The notes under the pieces are model-generated. The model did not search any database, was not told where the DNA came from, and saw nothing but the letters and a program-made list of their open reading frames with translations. Position numbers and translations under genes: made by a program. 64,000 bases of DNA from an uncultured Chloroflexia bacterium (GTDB lineage Bacteria > Chloroflexota > Anaerolineae > Anaerolineales > UBA4823): the NCBI GenBank assembly GCA_963822175.1, contig CAWGGJ010000004.1:107349-171348 (forward strand), read 5' to 3'. Shown here one piece after another: positions 47,712 through 57,238 of this stretch. The stretch's first letter is position 1. Each line of letters opens with the position of its first letter.

Positions 47712-48707
47712 ATGGGTCCTACAACAATTCTCATCATTGGTGGTGTCATTGCATTAATCCTATTGGTAATCGGGTTGATCATTACAGCCACTGAAGAGCG
47801 TTCTTTAGTTGACAAACGCCTTGAATATCTGGAAGAACAAGGGGTCCCTGTAGTTAATAAAAAGGCTGTGCTCGGTGAATGGGTTGGAAAACAAGCCACC
47901 CAATATACCTGGGGGCAATCACTCACTCGGTCGTTGGCACGTGCCGATATAAAGATGAAAACTGGGGAATTTATTCTCCTGGTTGCTGTGTTAACAATTA
48001 TTGGTGGAATAATCGGCTGGTTTCTTGGGGGTGGTTCAAGTCTTGGTGAAGGGCGATCGACTGGAGAATTACTAGCGAATGTCCCAGGGATTTTAATCGG
48101 TGCTGCAGTAGGTTTTCTTGCACCTACAATATACTTGAGACGTCAACAAGGAAAGAGGTTAATAAAATTTGATAACCAACTTGCTGACATGCTGAGTTTA
48201 ATGGTCAATGGTCTTCGTGCAGGTTATTCTATTATGCAAGCCATGGAAGCAGTCAGTAAAGAACTGCCTCCACCAATTTCTGATGAGTTTCGCCGTGTTG
48301 TTCAAGAAATGCAATTGGGAATTCCAATGAATGTTGCATTGGAAAATCTGACACGGCGCATCCCAAGTAGAGATCTCGATCTATTGGTCACTGCAATTAC
48401 TGTACAACGAGAGGTTGGAGGTAATTTGGCAGAAATTCTGGATACCATCTCGCATACGATCCGTGAGCGTGTCCGGGTTAAAGGTGAAATCCGTATCCTG
48501 ACGACTCAGGTAATGACATCAGGCAGGTTTCTGGCGATAATGCCTCTTGCAGTTATCATTATCATGTACTTTATTAATCGACCATATATGATGCGTTTCT
48601 TTAACCCTGCTACCCGTATGTTTGGGATTCCTGCATTAATAATTGGTGCAAGTATGATCTTAATTGGATATTACTTAATGACGAAAATTGCTACGATAGA
48701 GGTTTAG
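47712..48707 (+). CDS. tadB: TadB-like type II secretion system F-family inner-membrane platform protein
   Basis: 331 aa. T2SS-F domain (LADMLSLMVNGLRAGYSIMQAME...) flanked by TM helices. Confidence 0.8.
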   Translation: MGPTTILIIGGVIALILLVIGLIITATEERSLVDKRLEYLEEQGVPVVNKKAVLGEWVGKQATQYTWGQSLTRSLARADIKMKTGEFILLVAVLTIIGGIIGWFLGGGSSLGEGRSTGELLANVPGILIGAAVGFLAPTIYLRRQQGKRLIKFDNQLADMLSLMVNGLRAGYSIMQAMEAVSKELPPPISDEFRRVVQEMQLGIPMNVALENLTRRIPSRDLDLLVTAITVQREVGGNLAEILDTISHTIRERVRVKGEIRILTTQVMTSGRFLAIMPLAVIIIMYFINRPYMMRFFNPATRMFGIPALIIGASMILIGYYLMTKIATIEV

Positions 48708-48731
48708 TGTATCTATCATAGGAGATAGAGA

Positions 48732-49682
48732 ATGGTACCATTACCCCTAATTATTATTGGTGTGGTGTTGATTTTTGGAGCGATTATCCTGGTAATTGTA
48801 GGAATTCGTTCGCCTCAAGGGATTGACCCATTAGAGGACAGGCTGGCAGAATATGCCGCTCGAGGAGAAACTGTATCCCTCGAGGAAATAGAGTTATCAC
48901 AACCATTCTCACAAAGGATTATTGTACCTATAGCCAAACGCATGGGTGAATTTGTGATGCGTTTTACCCCTCAAAATGCGATTACATCCATGTCTAAGAA
49001 ACTAGAACTAGCCGGAAATCCTGGCAACATGGATCCAGCGGTAATATTTGCATTACGGTTCCTTGGTATCCCCCTTGGAATGATATTTATCATTCTCGAT
49101 CGAGTTGCAGCACCCGGCAGTTTTATTGATGGAAAAGGTTTATTTCTTGCTCTTCCTGCTGCTATTCTTGGCTTTTATTTACCCGATCTATATTTACAAT
49201 CAAAAATAGATAAGCGTCAAAAAGAAATTCGAAAAGCAATGCCAGATGGATTAGACTTATTAACAATCTGCGTAGAAGCAGGACTCGGATTTGATGCTGC
49301 TATGTCTAAACTATATGAAAAGTGGGACAATGAACTTGGGCGTGCATTTGGACGGGTTGTGCGTGAAATTCAATTAGGTAAATTACGCCGCGAGGCATTA
49401 AGAGATATGGCTGATCGGCTTGGTGTTAGCGAAATGTCCAGTTTTGTTGCCGCGGTCATCCAGAGCGAGCAGTTAGGTGTGAGTATGGCGCACGTTCTAC
49501 GCATCCAAGCAGATCAGATGCGTATTCGGAGGCGGCAAATGGCAGAAGAAGAAGCTCACAAAGCACCAATCAAAATGCTGCTACCAATGGCACTCTTCAT
49601 CTTTCCAGCTTTATGTATTGTCCTCATGACCCCAGCTTTCTTAATCCTGATTGAGCAGGGAGCTGGCCCACTCGGTGGATGA
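48732..49682 (+). CDS. tadC: TadC-like type II secretion system F-family platform protein
   Basis: 316 aa. PDGLDLLTICVEAGLGFDAAM... is a T2SS-F domain. Paired with tadB. Confidence 0.8.
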   Translation: MVPLPLIIIGVVLIFGAIILVIVGIRSPQGIDPLEDRLAEYAARGETVSLEEIELSQPFSQRIIVPIAKRMGEFVMRFTPQNAITSMSKKLELAGNPGNMDPAVIFALRFLGIPLGMIFIILDRVAAPGSFIDGKGLFLALPAAILGFYLPDLYLQSKIDKRQKEIRKAMPDGLDLLTICVEAGLGFDAAMSKLYEKWDNELGRAFGRVVREIQLGKLRREALRDMADRLGVSEMSSFVAAVIQSEQLGVSMAHVLRIQADQMRIRRRQMAEEEAHKAPIKMLLPMALFIFPALCIVLMTPAFLILIEQGAGPLGG

Positions 49683-49725
49683 TTGAAGCGAAAACATTAA
49701 AAAATAACTCATTATTTAAATATAT

Positions 49726-50475
49726 ATGGACCATATGCCAGTAAACCTGGCTTATAGGGTTTATCAATTACTGTGGGAGGCACTGGATTGGTTATATCCT
49801 CCGAATTGTGGAGGCTGTGGTTCTCCAGGAGTAAGGTGGTGTAAAAACTGCACACAAACGACCAGGGAAATTAATCCCCCTATTTGCCCAATCTGTGGAA
49901 ATCCAAATATAAATAATCAACCTTGTAAGAGATGCAAGTTATTAAGACCCAGATATACTTCGCTTCGCTCATATACTGAATTTAATGGATCTATTCGGGA
50001 GGCAATACATCGTCTCAAATATAAACGCGATATAGGATTGGGTGAAGCACTCTCTCGTCCGATGATAACCAGCATTCAAAAGCTTAATTGGTCATTAAAC
50101 ATTATTACATCAGTACCCTTAGGTCTTGTCCGTTTGAATGAGCGTGGATATAATCAGGCGACTTTGCTTGCAAGACCAATAGCGCTTTACTTGAATATCC
50201 CATTTTCATCAAAGGTATTGTTCCGAACGAAGGAAACAAGAACCCAAGTTGGTTTAACGGTGACGGAACGGCAGGAGAATATGGAAGGTGCATTTATAGC
50301 AAGACATGAATTGGTAAACGGGAAAAATGTATTAGTTGTGGATGACGTTGCCACGTCGGGGGCAACTTTAAATGCTTGTGCTAAAGCATTAATGGATGAA
50401 GGTGCATCCAATGTTTACGGTTTTACTCTTGCCCGGGCTGTCTTCTTACCAAGTGGAGATATAGATTTATCTTAA
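49726..50475 (+). CDS. comF: ComF-family protein (zinc-finger N-terminus plus phosphoribosyltransferase domain)
   Basis: CGGCG..CKNC..CPICG..CKRC Zn-finger. PRTase motif VLVVDDVATSGATL. Confidence 0.8.
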   Translation: MDHMPVNLAYRVYQLLWEALDWLYPPNCGGCGSPGVRWCKNCTQTTREINPPICPICGNPNINNQPCKRCKLLRPRYTSLRSYTEFNGSIREAIHRLKYKRDIGLGEALSRPMITSIQKLNWSLNIITSVPLGLVRLNERGYNQATLLARPIALYLNIPFSSKVLFRTKETRTQVGLTVTERQENMEGAFIARHELVNGKNVLVVDDVATSGATLNACAKALMDEGASNVYGFTLARAVFLPSGDIDLS

Positions 50476-50571
50476 TTTATTATAAGTAAGTTGGTGTATT
50501 GGTTATATTATACGGATGAATAATTATGATTAATAGCAGTTGGTTAAATCACATATATAGGAGATTATCTT

Positions 50572-51135
50572 ATGGCACTCGAAGTACAAGTATACGGACG
50601 CAATCTTGAAGTAACTGAAAGAATATTAGATTATACGACGAAGAAGGTGTCGAAATTAGATCGATACTTAAGTGATATTGATGAAGCAAGGGTCGATTTT
50701 GCTTATATAAAGTCAGCACGCAGTGCGACGGATCGACAAGTCGCACAAATCACCGTTCGCGGAAAAGGGTATATATTACGGGCAGAGGAACGCTCTGATG
50801 ACGTCTATACAGCGCTTGATTCTGCCTTAGAAAAATTACAAAGGCAAATGGAAAGGTATAAAGGAAAACGTCAGAAAGGTCGAGGAGATGGCAAACCTGC
50901 CTCAGAGGTTATTCCGACACCAGCAGAAGAAGAGGGTGAGGAGGATCGGTCACTGATCGTACGAAGAAAAAAGTTTGCTCTCACACCGATGGACGAAGTT
51001 GAAGCTCTCGAGCAGATGAAACTCCTTGGACATGAAGACTTTTTTGTCTTTTTTAATTCGGTCACAAATTCAGTCAATGTCTTATATCTACGACGAGATG
51101 GTTTGTATGGATTAATAGAAACGGAGATACGGTAA
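50572..51135 (+). CDS. hpf: Ribosome hibernation-promoting factor, long form
   Basis: 187 aa. N-terminal S30AE/YfiA fold ([22 protein letters not shown]) and a C-terminal dimerisation domain ([24 protein letters not shown]). Confidence 0.88.
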   Translation: MALEVQVYGRNLEVTERILDYTTKKVSKLDRYLSDIDEARVDFAYIKSARSATDRQVAQITVRGKGYILRAEERSDDVYTALDSALEKLQRQMERYKGKRQKGRGDGKPASEVIPTPAEEEGEEDRSLIVRRKKFALTPMDEVEALEQMKLLGHEDFFVFFNSVTNSVNVLYLRRDGLYGLIETEIR

Positions 51136-51196
51136 GGAGGAATTGTTTTTTATTTACTACTTAGGTTTGTTGTATGAAAATCAGATAGGAGTCGAT

Positions 51197-51835
51197 ATGG
51201 CAGGTGACCAAAATAATTCTACTGAAATTATGGATGAGATGTACCCATCTAAAGACATGGATTTATTAGCGATACAAAACGCAGTAATGCAGATGTTGAT
51301 TGCTTTTGGGGAAAACCCAGCTCGCAAAGGTTTATTACGTACACCTGAGCGTGTTGCCCGTATGTATACTGAATTATTGGCAGGTTATCGCGTAGATCCC
51401 AATAAAATTATAAATGATGCACTTTTCGAAGTGAATTATGATGAAATGGTAATCGTGCGTGATATTGAGTTTTATAGCATGTGCGAACATCACATGCTAC
51501 CTTTTATGGGCCGGGCTCACGTTGCATATTTACCCGATGGACGGGTAATCGGTCTTTCGAAGATACCACGAATTGTCGATGTTTTTGCCCACCGTTTGCA
51601 AGTTCAAGAGCGTATGACGCGTCAAATCGCTGATTTTATCAATGAAGCGCTAATGCCTAAAGGTGTAGCTGTGGTTGTTGAAGCTCTGCACTTGTGCACA
51701 ATGATGCGCGGTGTAAAGAAGCAAAATGCACGGATGACTACATCAGCTGTTCATGGCGCATTCAGGAAGAATTTAGGTACACGGCAGGAATTTTTGGATA
51801 ACATATCACGCGGTTCTGAACCAATGCGCTTTTAA
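51197..51835 (+). CDS. folE: GTP cyclohydrolase I
   Basis: [42 protein letters not shown]. The start is set to the ATG at 51197, which follows TAGGAG. The track start at 51143 adds a non-conserved extension. Confidence 0.9.
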   Translation: MAGDQNNSTEIMDEMYPSKDMDLLAIQNAVMQMLIAFGENPARKGLLRTPERVARMYTELLAGYRVDPNKIINDALFEVNYDEMVIVRDIEFYSMCEHHMLPFMGRAHVAYLPDGRVIGLSKIPRIVDVFAHRLQVQERMTRQIADFINEALMPKGVAVVVEALHLCTMMRGVKKQNARMTTSAVHGAFRKNLGTRQEFLDNISRGSEPMRF

Positions 51836-52195
51836 TTACGGTAAATTGCGACTGCGTTCTATCTCCACCCCGACTGATTCTGAAAAACGCACTGCTCCGG
51901 GTTTCTCAACCCGGACAGTTGTTTTTAAAACCCTAATATCTTCCAGACATGCCTGTGCTATATCTTCTGCTAATGCTTCAAGAGTGAGCCTTTTTGCATT
52001 TTCCGCAATGTAAATCACCTTCTTCGTCATGATACTATAATCGACACAGTAATCGATATCATCAGGTGTTTCTGCTTGACGAATACTGGTTAATAGCTCT
52101 AGGTTAATCAAAATATCCTGTTTTTTTTCACGTTCCCATTCATGAATACCTATGATTCCACGGGCGAGAATATTTTTAATGATGACTTTGTCCAT
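51836..52195 (-). CDS. folB: Dihydroneopterin aldolase
   Basis: 119 aa. IGIHEWEREKKQDILINLEL matches the FolB pattern. Its stop abuts the folE stop, so the two are convergent with 0-nt spacing. Confidence 0.8.
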   Translation of the reverse strand: MDKVIIKNILARGIIGIHEWEREKKQDILINLELLTSIRQAETPDDIDYCVDYSIMTKKVIYIAENAKRLTLEALAEDIAQACLEDIRVLKTTVRVEKPGAVRFSESVGVEIERSRNLP

Positions 52196-52250
52196 AATTC
52201 CCTCAGCTGTGATTGATAACTTTGAGTATACCCCAGGAAATAAAGAAATT

Positions 52251-52283
52251 CACAGTGTGGATGTTATTTGTATCCACACTGTG
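52251..52283 (-). terminator. Perfect 12-bp hairpin downstream of the PPIase gene
   Basis: CACAGTGTGGAT-gttatttgt-ATCCACACTGTG. On the minus strand it is followed by a U-rich stretch (AAUUUCUUUAUUUCC). Confidence 0.65.
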
Positions 52284-52331
52284 AATTATGCTTAGACTTA
52301 TGATTTTTATTCTAGATCCGATGTTTGGAAA

Positions 52332-53648
52332 TCACTGCCCAGTTTGCGTAGGTGGTATCGTTGGCTTTGTAGGTACCCTGGTCTTCCAAATATCAAAAGT
52401 TTGTACATTTTCTGCTGATTTCTGTTCATCCAACCAATTCTGGAATTGTGTTTGCTTTAGTTGATCAAATTCTGAGTCGGATAATGTTTTTACTTCATGA
52501 CCTAAAACTTGATATATTTCCCATCCACTTGCAGTTTGGATCGGCTCGCTTATTTGACCAATTTGCATATTGAACACGTTTTTTTCAGCAGCTTGGTCCA
52601 ATGTTCCAGCTCCAAACCAACCTAAGTCGATGGTGTCTGCTGTACCAGTGCCGGAATAAACTTCGGTTGCAACAGTCTCAAAGTCTTCTCCATTGATTAA
52701 ACGGTCATAAATTGATTGTGCCTGAGCCTGATCACTGGCAACAATGTGTCTGGCCCATACCTGATCCTGTTCCCTTGATGTGTCTGCGGTTACAGCATCA
52801 AATAGTTTTTGGCGTAAAAGCTGCATTTTAAAGACCCAACGAAAATCGGCTTCATTAAGTTCTGCAAACGAATTAATATTCGTCATGTAGGTCTGGAAGT
52901 CTTTTTCGTATGAATCCAATGTGTAGGGAGTAGGAGTTGGGAGGGCGGTACTCGTTGGAGCAGGGGTAGTTGGCGTAATGACGATCGTGGGTGTGGGACT
53001 CGTAATCTCTTGTGTGACAGTGATCACCGGAGTAGGTGTATTGGTTGCAGTTGGTATAGCTGTCGCAGTTGGAGGAATCAAAGAAATCTGTGTTGGATTT
53101 AACGTCGAGGTTGGTACCAGAACACTTGTTGGAGCTGTTGTTGGAGTACCGTCAGGAAAATACCCAAAGTAATTTTGCAATGCTTTATTAATTTCCTCAT
53201 CCGATACTGTTATTCCTCGTTTTTCTGCTTCCTTTTCAATCAGTCGGTCAGCTATTAAATAATCCAAGGTGCTTTGACCAAGGTTGGTTGGTTCAAGCTG
53301 ATAATTGATCTGAGCCAAATACTGTTGAATGTAATTCATGCTATTCTGATCACTACCAAAGTATTGTGCAAACTGCTGGTACTGCTGATATTGATTGATC
53401 AATTGCAGACGTTCATAACGAGCAAATGTCTCAAATTCTTTTGTTGTTATTGATTGATTTGCCACCTTCGCTACTGGTTGTTGAGGGGTGATAATGTATT
53501 GTTGAACAATGCCATAACCAATTAATCCCACCACAATAACAATGACGGCAATACTGGCAATCAGAATGTATCGGTTTTGAAGCCGTTCACGTTCCTGACG
53601 AGCCAGGTGTTTTTTAGTGACAAGTTGACCTTTTTGTCCTTTTGCCAT
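52332..53648 (-). CDS. Membrane-anchored SurA/PrsA-like parvulin peptidyl-prolyl isomerase with a Thr/Pro-rich linker
   Basis: 438 aa. N-terminal TM (YILIASIAVIVIVVGLIGYGIV), a SurA-N-like region, a PT-rich segment and a C-terminal PpiC rotamase (VWARHIV...DLGWFGAG...GWEIYQV). Confidence 0.8.
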   Translation of the reverse strand: MAKGQKGQLVTKKHLARQERERLQNRYILIASIAVIVIVVGLIGYGIVQQYIITPQQPVAKVANQSITTKEFETFARYERLQLINQYQQYQQFAQYFGSDQNSMNYIQQYLAQINYQLEPTNLGQSTLDYLIADRLIEKEAEKRGITVSDEEINKALQNYFGYFPDGTPTTAPTSVLVPTSTLNPTQISLIPPTATAIPTATNTPTPVITVTQEITSPTPTIVITPTTPAPTSTALPTPTPYTLDSYEKDFQTYMTNINSFAELNEADFRWVFKMQLLRQKLFDAVTADTSREQDQVWARHIVASDQAQAQSIYDRLINGEDFETVATEVYSGTGTADTIDLGWFGAGTLDQAAEKNVFNMQIGQISEPIQTASGWEIYQVLGHEVKTLSDSEFDQLKQTQFQNWLDEQKSAENVQTFDIWKTRVPTKPTIPPTQTGQ

Positions 53649-53713
53649 AAATTGACCTCATGAAATTCCGGGCTTTGAATGGTATCACGCCCTAATTAAT
53701 ACTCCAGCGTTGA

Positions 53714-53983
53714 TTATCGCAGGACTTCTCCCGTGAACGGTAACAATGCCAGGTGACGAGCGCGTTTGATCGCACGGGCTAACTCACGTTGGTGCTTTGC
53801 GCATGCACCAGACTGACGACGAGGTCGAATCTTGCCACTTTCAGTGACGTATCGGCGTAAGGTCTCAGTTTGCTTATAATCTATTTTTGCGCTTCTGTCG
53901 GTGCAAAATTGGCAGACACGAGGTTGAGAATAAAATCGCCTCGCACCACCACGTGCATCGGGTGTAAATTCATTTGTATCCAC
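53714..53983 (-). CDS. rpsR: 30S ribosomal protein S18
   Basis: CQFC...[48 protein letters not shown]. Confidence 0.92.
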   Translation of the reverse strand: MDTNEFTPDARGGARRFYSQPRVCQFCTDRSAKIDYKQTETLRRYVTESGKIRPRRQSGACAKHQRELARAIKRARHLALLPFTGEVLR

Positions 53984-54038
53984 TAGATCTGACTCCTTTT
54001 ATTTATTCGGGACCATTTATATATTTTCCACTTAACTA

Positions 54039-54434
54039 TTAGAATGGAAATTCTTCCTCTTCGGATGATTCTGATTCAGAGGTTCCTTCTCCAGATTCAC
54101 GACGCTCGCTAAGAATGATCATTTCGTTGGCGACGATTTCTACCGAAGTATGTTTATTACCTTCCTGGTCATCCCAATGACGGGTCTGCAAACGACCTTC
54201 AATATATACCTGCTGACCTTTGGTGAGATACTGTTTACAAATCTCAGCTAGACTACTCCACGCAACGACATTGAACCATTCAGTTTCTTCACGTTTTTCA
54301 CCATCCGAAGTACTCCAAGTTCGACTTGTCGCCACACTGAAAGTTGTTACAGGTTTACCAGAAGGTGTATACCTCATCTCTGGATCACGACCAAGATTAC
54401 CAATTATCATTACTTTATTTAGTCCGCGACTCAT
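54039..54434 (-). CDS. ssb: Single-stranded DNA-binding protein
   Basis: LNKVMIIGNLGRDPEMRYT (OB fold) and an acidic tail ending EEEFPF. Confidence 0.92.
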   Translation of the reverse strand: MSRGLNKVMIIGNLGRDPEMRYTPSGKPVTTFSVATSRTWSTSDGEKREETEWFNVVAWSSLAEICKQYLTKGQQVYIEGRLQTRHWDDQEGNKHTSVEIVANEMIILSERRESGEGTSESESSEEEEFPF

Positions 54435-54455
54435 TTTTGGACTCCTTGTAGAACT

Positions 54456-54740
54456 TTATTCAATACTTGTAAGTAAGAACCGCATTACTGGTTCCAGGAA
54501 GCGTAAATTTCGCTCGAGGGTTGCGCCAAAAGCGGGATCCATCTGGGTCTTAAATAGTACATATTGACCTTCTTTTTGTTTACGTATCGAATATGCCAAT
54601 TTTCGTTTGCCCCAAAGGTCAACCTTGGTAACTTCGCCACCAGCTTCTGTGATCCAACCCTTAACTTTTTCTACAACATCTTTAAGCGCAGAATCATCCA
54701 GATCGGGGTGGACAATAAAAACCAATTCATATTCACGCAT
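54456..54740 (-). CDS. rpsF: 30S ribosomal protein S6
   Basis: MREYELVFIVHPDLD... Start is the ATG at 54740, preceded by GGAAAGGAGG. The track start at 54809 is an upstream in-frame extension. Confidence 0.9.
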   Translation of the reverse strand: MREYELVFIVHPDLDDSALKDVVEKVKGWITEAGGEVTKVDLWGKRKLAYSIRKQKEGQYVLFKTQMDPAFGATLERNLRFLEPVMRFLLTSIE

Positions 54741-54895
54741 GGGAAAATCCTCCTTTCCTCGGGATAGCTCCTGTATCTTACCGGGCGGTTCACCAGGGGC
54801 GGAAAGCAAGCCATTCTTAATGGCTAGACACAGCCGCTAAATATAGCACAAAGAATGATATTTGCAAAGGGGAAGATTCTACTTGAGTAGTAATG

Positions 54896-54945
54896 TTGAT
54901 TGTATAGTAAACTGATTTATAATGATACCTACTATCAAGTGATAA
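54896..54945 (+). promoter_or_regulatory. Candidate promoter (TTGATT, 16 nt, TATAAT) with an overlapping Fur-family-like operator
   Basis: -35 at 54896-54901 and -10 at 54918-54923. TGATA-cctac-TATCA-ag-TGATAA (54923-54945) overlaps the -10 and the likely start site. Only the half-sites resemble Fur/Zur boxes; the spacing is atypical. Confidence 0.3.
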
Positions 54946-54967
54946 ATTGTTTCAATAACGAGGGTCT

Positions 54968-55429
54968 ATGCCTGACAGAACTAATTCCATAACCAACGAT
55001 TGGCTCGCAAAATTCAAAAAAAGTGGGTATAGGCTCACAGGACCACGTTATTTTGTCGTAGAAATACTCGCCCAGTCGGATAAAGCACTTACTGCACAGG
55101 AAATCTTTTCTCTGGCTCAACCGGCATATCCATCGCTTGGTTTGGTTAGTGTGTATAGAACCCTTGAAAAATTGGAGCTGCTGGGTATGATCCAAAGGGT
55201 GCACCGGAGAAATAATTGTCATGCATTTATTGCTGCTCCTGGTGGTCATGAACATTTACTGGTGTGTGGTGAATGTGGAAGAGTGAGTTTCTTTCAAGGA
55301 GATGATTTACAAACACTCGTAGATGGAGTGGAACAATTATCAGGGTATCGAGTGCAGGAACATTGGCTCCAACTGATTGGAATTTGTGCAAGTTGCCAGA
55401 ATGAGAAAACTGATGAATATCCGAGGTAA
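54968..55429 (+). CDS. Fur-family metalloregulator (Zur/Mur-like)
   Basis: 153 aa. Winged-helix N-terminus (RLTGPRYFVVEILAQS), metal site H-x-H..CGECG...C..C. Sits directly upstream of the metal ABC importer. Confidence 0.8.
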   Translation: MPDRTNSITNDWLAKFKKSGYRLTGPRYFVVEILAQSDKALTAQEIFSLAQPAYPSLGLVSVYRTLEKLELLGMIQRVHRRNNCHAFIAAPGGHEHLLVCGECGRVSFFQGDDLQTLVDGVEQLSGYRVQEHWLQLIGICASCQNEKTDEYPR

Positions 55430-55435
55430 AGTCAT

Positions 55436-57238
55436 ATGTGGATCCGAAGCAAAATATATATAATCAATATATATTATCCAATCCTTGTGTTACTGATTTG
55501 CATGTCATTGAGTATTAGCTCCTGCCAAAAGCAATCAACAACACCACAGGATACTCGTTTGAAAGTTGTAGCAACTACCAGCCTGGTAGGTGATGTTGTT
55601 TCACAAGTCGGTGGTGATAAAATTTCATTGGAAATTCTCTTACCCTTGGGGACCGATCCACACAGTTTCTCACCTACACCGATGGATGCATCTACGGTCA
55701 CAGATGCTTCTACTGTATTTGCCAATGGTGTCGGTTTAGAGGAATTCCTTAAACCATTGATGGAAAGCACGGGTGGTTCTTCTAAAATAGTCAATGTTTC
55801 TGATGGAATTGTGTACCGTAGTATAGTTGATGAGGATTCGCGCAACAATCAACCGGTTGATGATCCGCACACTTGGATGGATCCGAATAACATCATCATC
55901 TGGGTAGATAATATTGCGAAAGAGTTATCTGTTAAGGATCCAAAAAATGCTGGGTATTATTTGGAAAATGCCCAGAAATATCAAGCGAAGTTACAGGAAT
56001 TGGATAAATGGATAGTTTCAGAGGTATCGGTGGTACCAGAACAAAATCGGAAATTAGTCACTGAACATATGGTATTTGGGTATTTTGCAGATCGTTATGG
56101 CTTTACGCAGGTGGGAGCGATAATTCCAGGTTTTAGCTCTTTATCTGAACCATCTGCACAGGATATTGCACAAATTGAAGATGAAATTCGTTCGATGGGT
56201 GTAAAAGCAATTTTCATCGGAATAGGGATGAATTCGAGTCTTGCCCAACGAATCGCAGACGATACGGGTACCCAGCTGGTTCCCCTTTATATGCATTCGT
56301 TATCTGAAATGGGGGGAAAGGCAGAAAACTATTTAGATTTTATGCGCTATGATGTCACAACGATCGTTGACGCATTAAATGAGGACTATAAGATCATGAG
56401 TATATTTAAGGAATCAAATTACCTGGTACATCACTTCCCTGCGCACGAGGTTGGAACACCGACATTAAGAGTATCCAACCTAGGTTATCGATTTGGAAAT
56501 ATCGAAGCTTTATCAGGAATTTCATTTCAAGTCGGTGTCGGTGAGAGGCTTGCTGTGGTTGGTCCTAACGGCGCAGGGAAGAGCACCTTATTTAAAATAA
56601 TTGCAGGTGTATTAAAACCAACCCAAGGATTAGTTCAAATTTATGGATTCGAGCCAAAGGGACATATTTGCATTGCCTATGTGCCACAACGGAACCTTGT
56701 GGATTGGTCCTTTCCGGTGGATGTTGCAGATGTTGTGATGATGGGAAGGGTGAGTAAACTTGGTCCAATACGCTGGCCATCCTCCAAGGACTGGGATATC
56801 GTCCATCGTTCTCTGACACTCGTGGAAATGGACGGATTTTCAAAGCGTCAAATCAATGAATTATCTGGAGGTCAACAGCAAAGAATATTTATCGCCCAAG
56901 CATTGGCTCAGGAAGCCGAGTTAATCTTGATGGACGAGCCATTAACTGGACTGGATCTCAACACACAGCAAGAAATATTTCGTATATTAGATATGCTCCA
57001 ACACATAAAGGTGACTGTTATGATCGCCATGCATGATTTAAAGATGGCATCAGAAAAATTTGATAAAGTATTGTTGATCAATAGGAAAATGATTGGTATC
57101 GGGATTCCAGAAGAAGTGTTCGTACCTGAGAAATTAGCAATTGCATATGGGAGTCACCTGCGGATGTTAACGACAAAAGATGGTATGTTGGTGATTGAAG
57201 ACACATGCTGTGAGGAAGGAGATCATCAACATGCTTGA
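55436..57238 (+). CDS. Single 600-aa ORF joining a cluster-9 (TroA/ZnuA-like) metal-binding lipoprotein to a ZnuC/MntB-like ABC ATPase with no intervening stop
   Basis: Residues 1 to about 320 give a lipobox-like LICMSLSISSC, DPHSF, DDPHTWMDP and a typical family C-terminus, YLDFMRYDVTTIVDAL. An internal ATG at 56396, preceded by GAGGA, opens the ATPase part (GPNGAGKSTL, LSGGQQQR, LILMDEP). Confidence 0.75.
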   Translation: MWIRSKIYIINIYYPILVLLICMSLSISSCQKQSTTPQDTRLKVVATTSLVGDVVSQVGGDKISLEILLPLGTDPHSFSPTPMDASTVTDASTVFANGVGLEEFLKPLMESTGGSSKIVNVSDGIVYRSIVDEDSRNNQPVDDPHTWMDPNNIIIWVDNIAKELSVKDPKNAGYYLENAQKYQAKLQELDKWIVSEVSVVPEQNRKLVTEHMVFGYFADRYGFTQVGAIIPGFSSLSEPSAQDIAQIEDEIRSMGVKAIFIGIGMNSSLAQRIADDTGTQLVPLYMHSLSEMGGKAENYLDFMRYDVTTIVDALNEDYKIMSIFKESNYLVHHFPAHEVGTPTLRVSNLGYRFGNIEALSGISFQVGVGERLAVVGPNGAGKSTLFKIIAGVLKPTQGLVQIYGFEPKGHICIAYVPQRNLVDWSFPVDVADVVMMGRVSKLGPIRWPSSKDWDIVHRSLTLVEMDGFSKRQINELSGGQQQRIFIAQALAQEAELILMDEPLTGLDLNTQQEIFRILDMLQHIKVTVMIAMHDLKMASEKFDKVLLINRKMIGIGIPEEVFVPEKLAIAYGSHLRMLTTKDGMLVIEDTCCEEGDHQHA

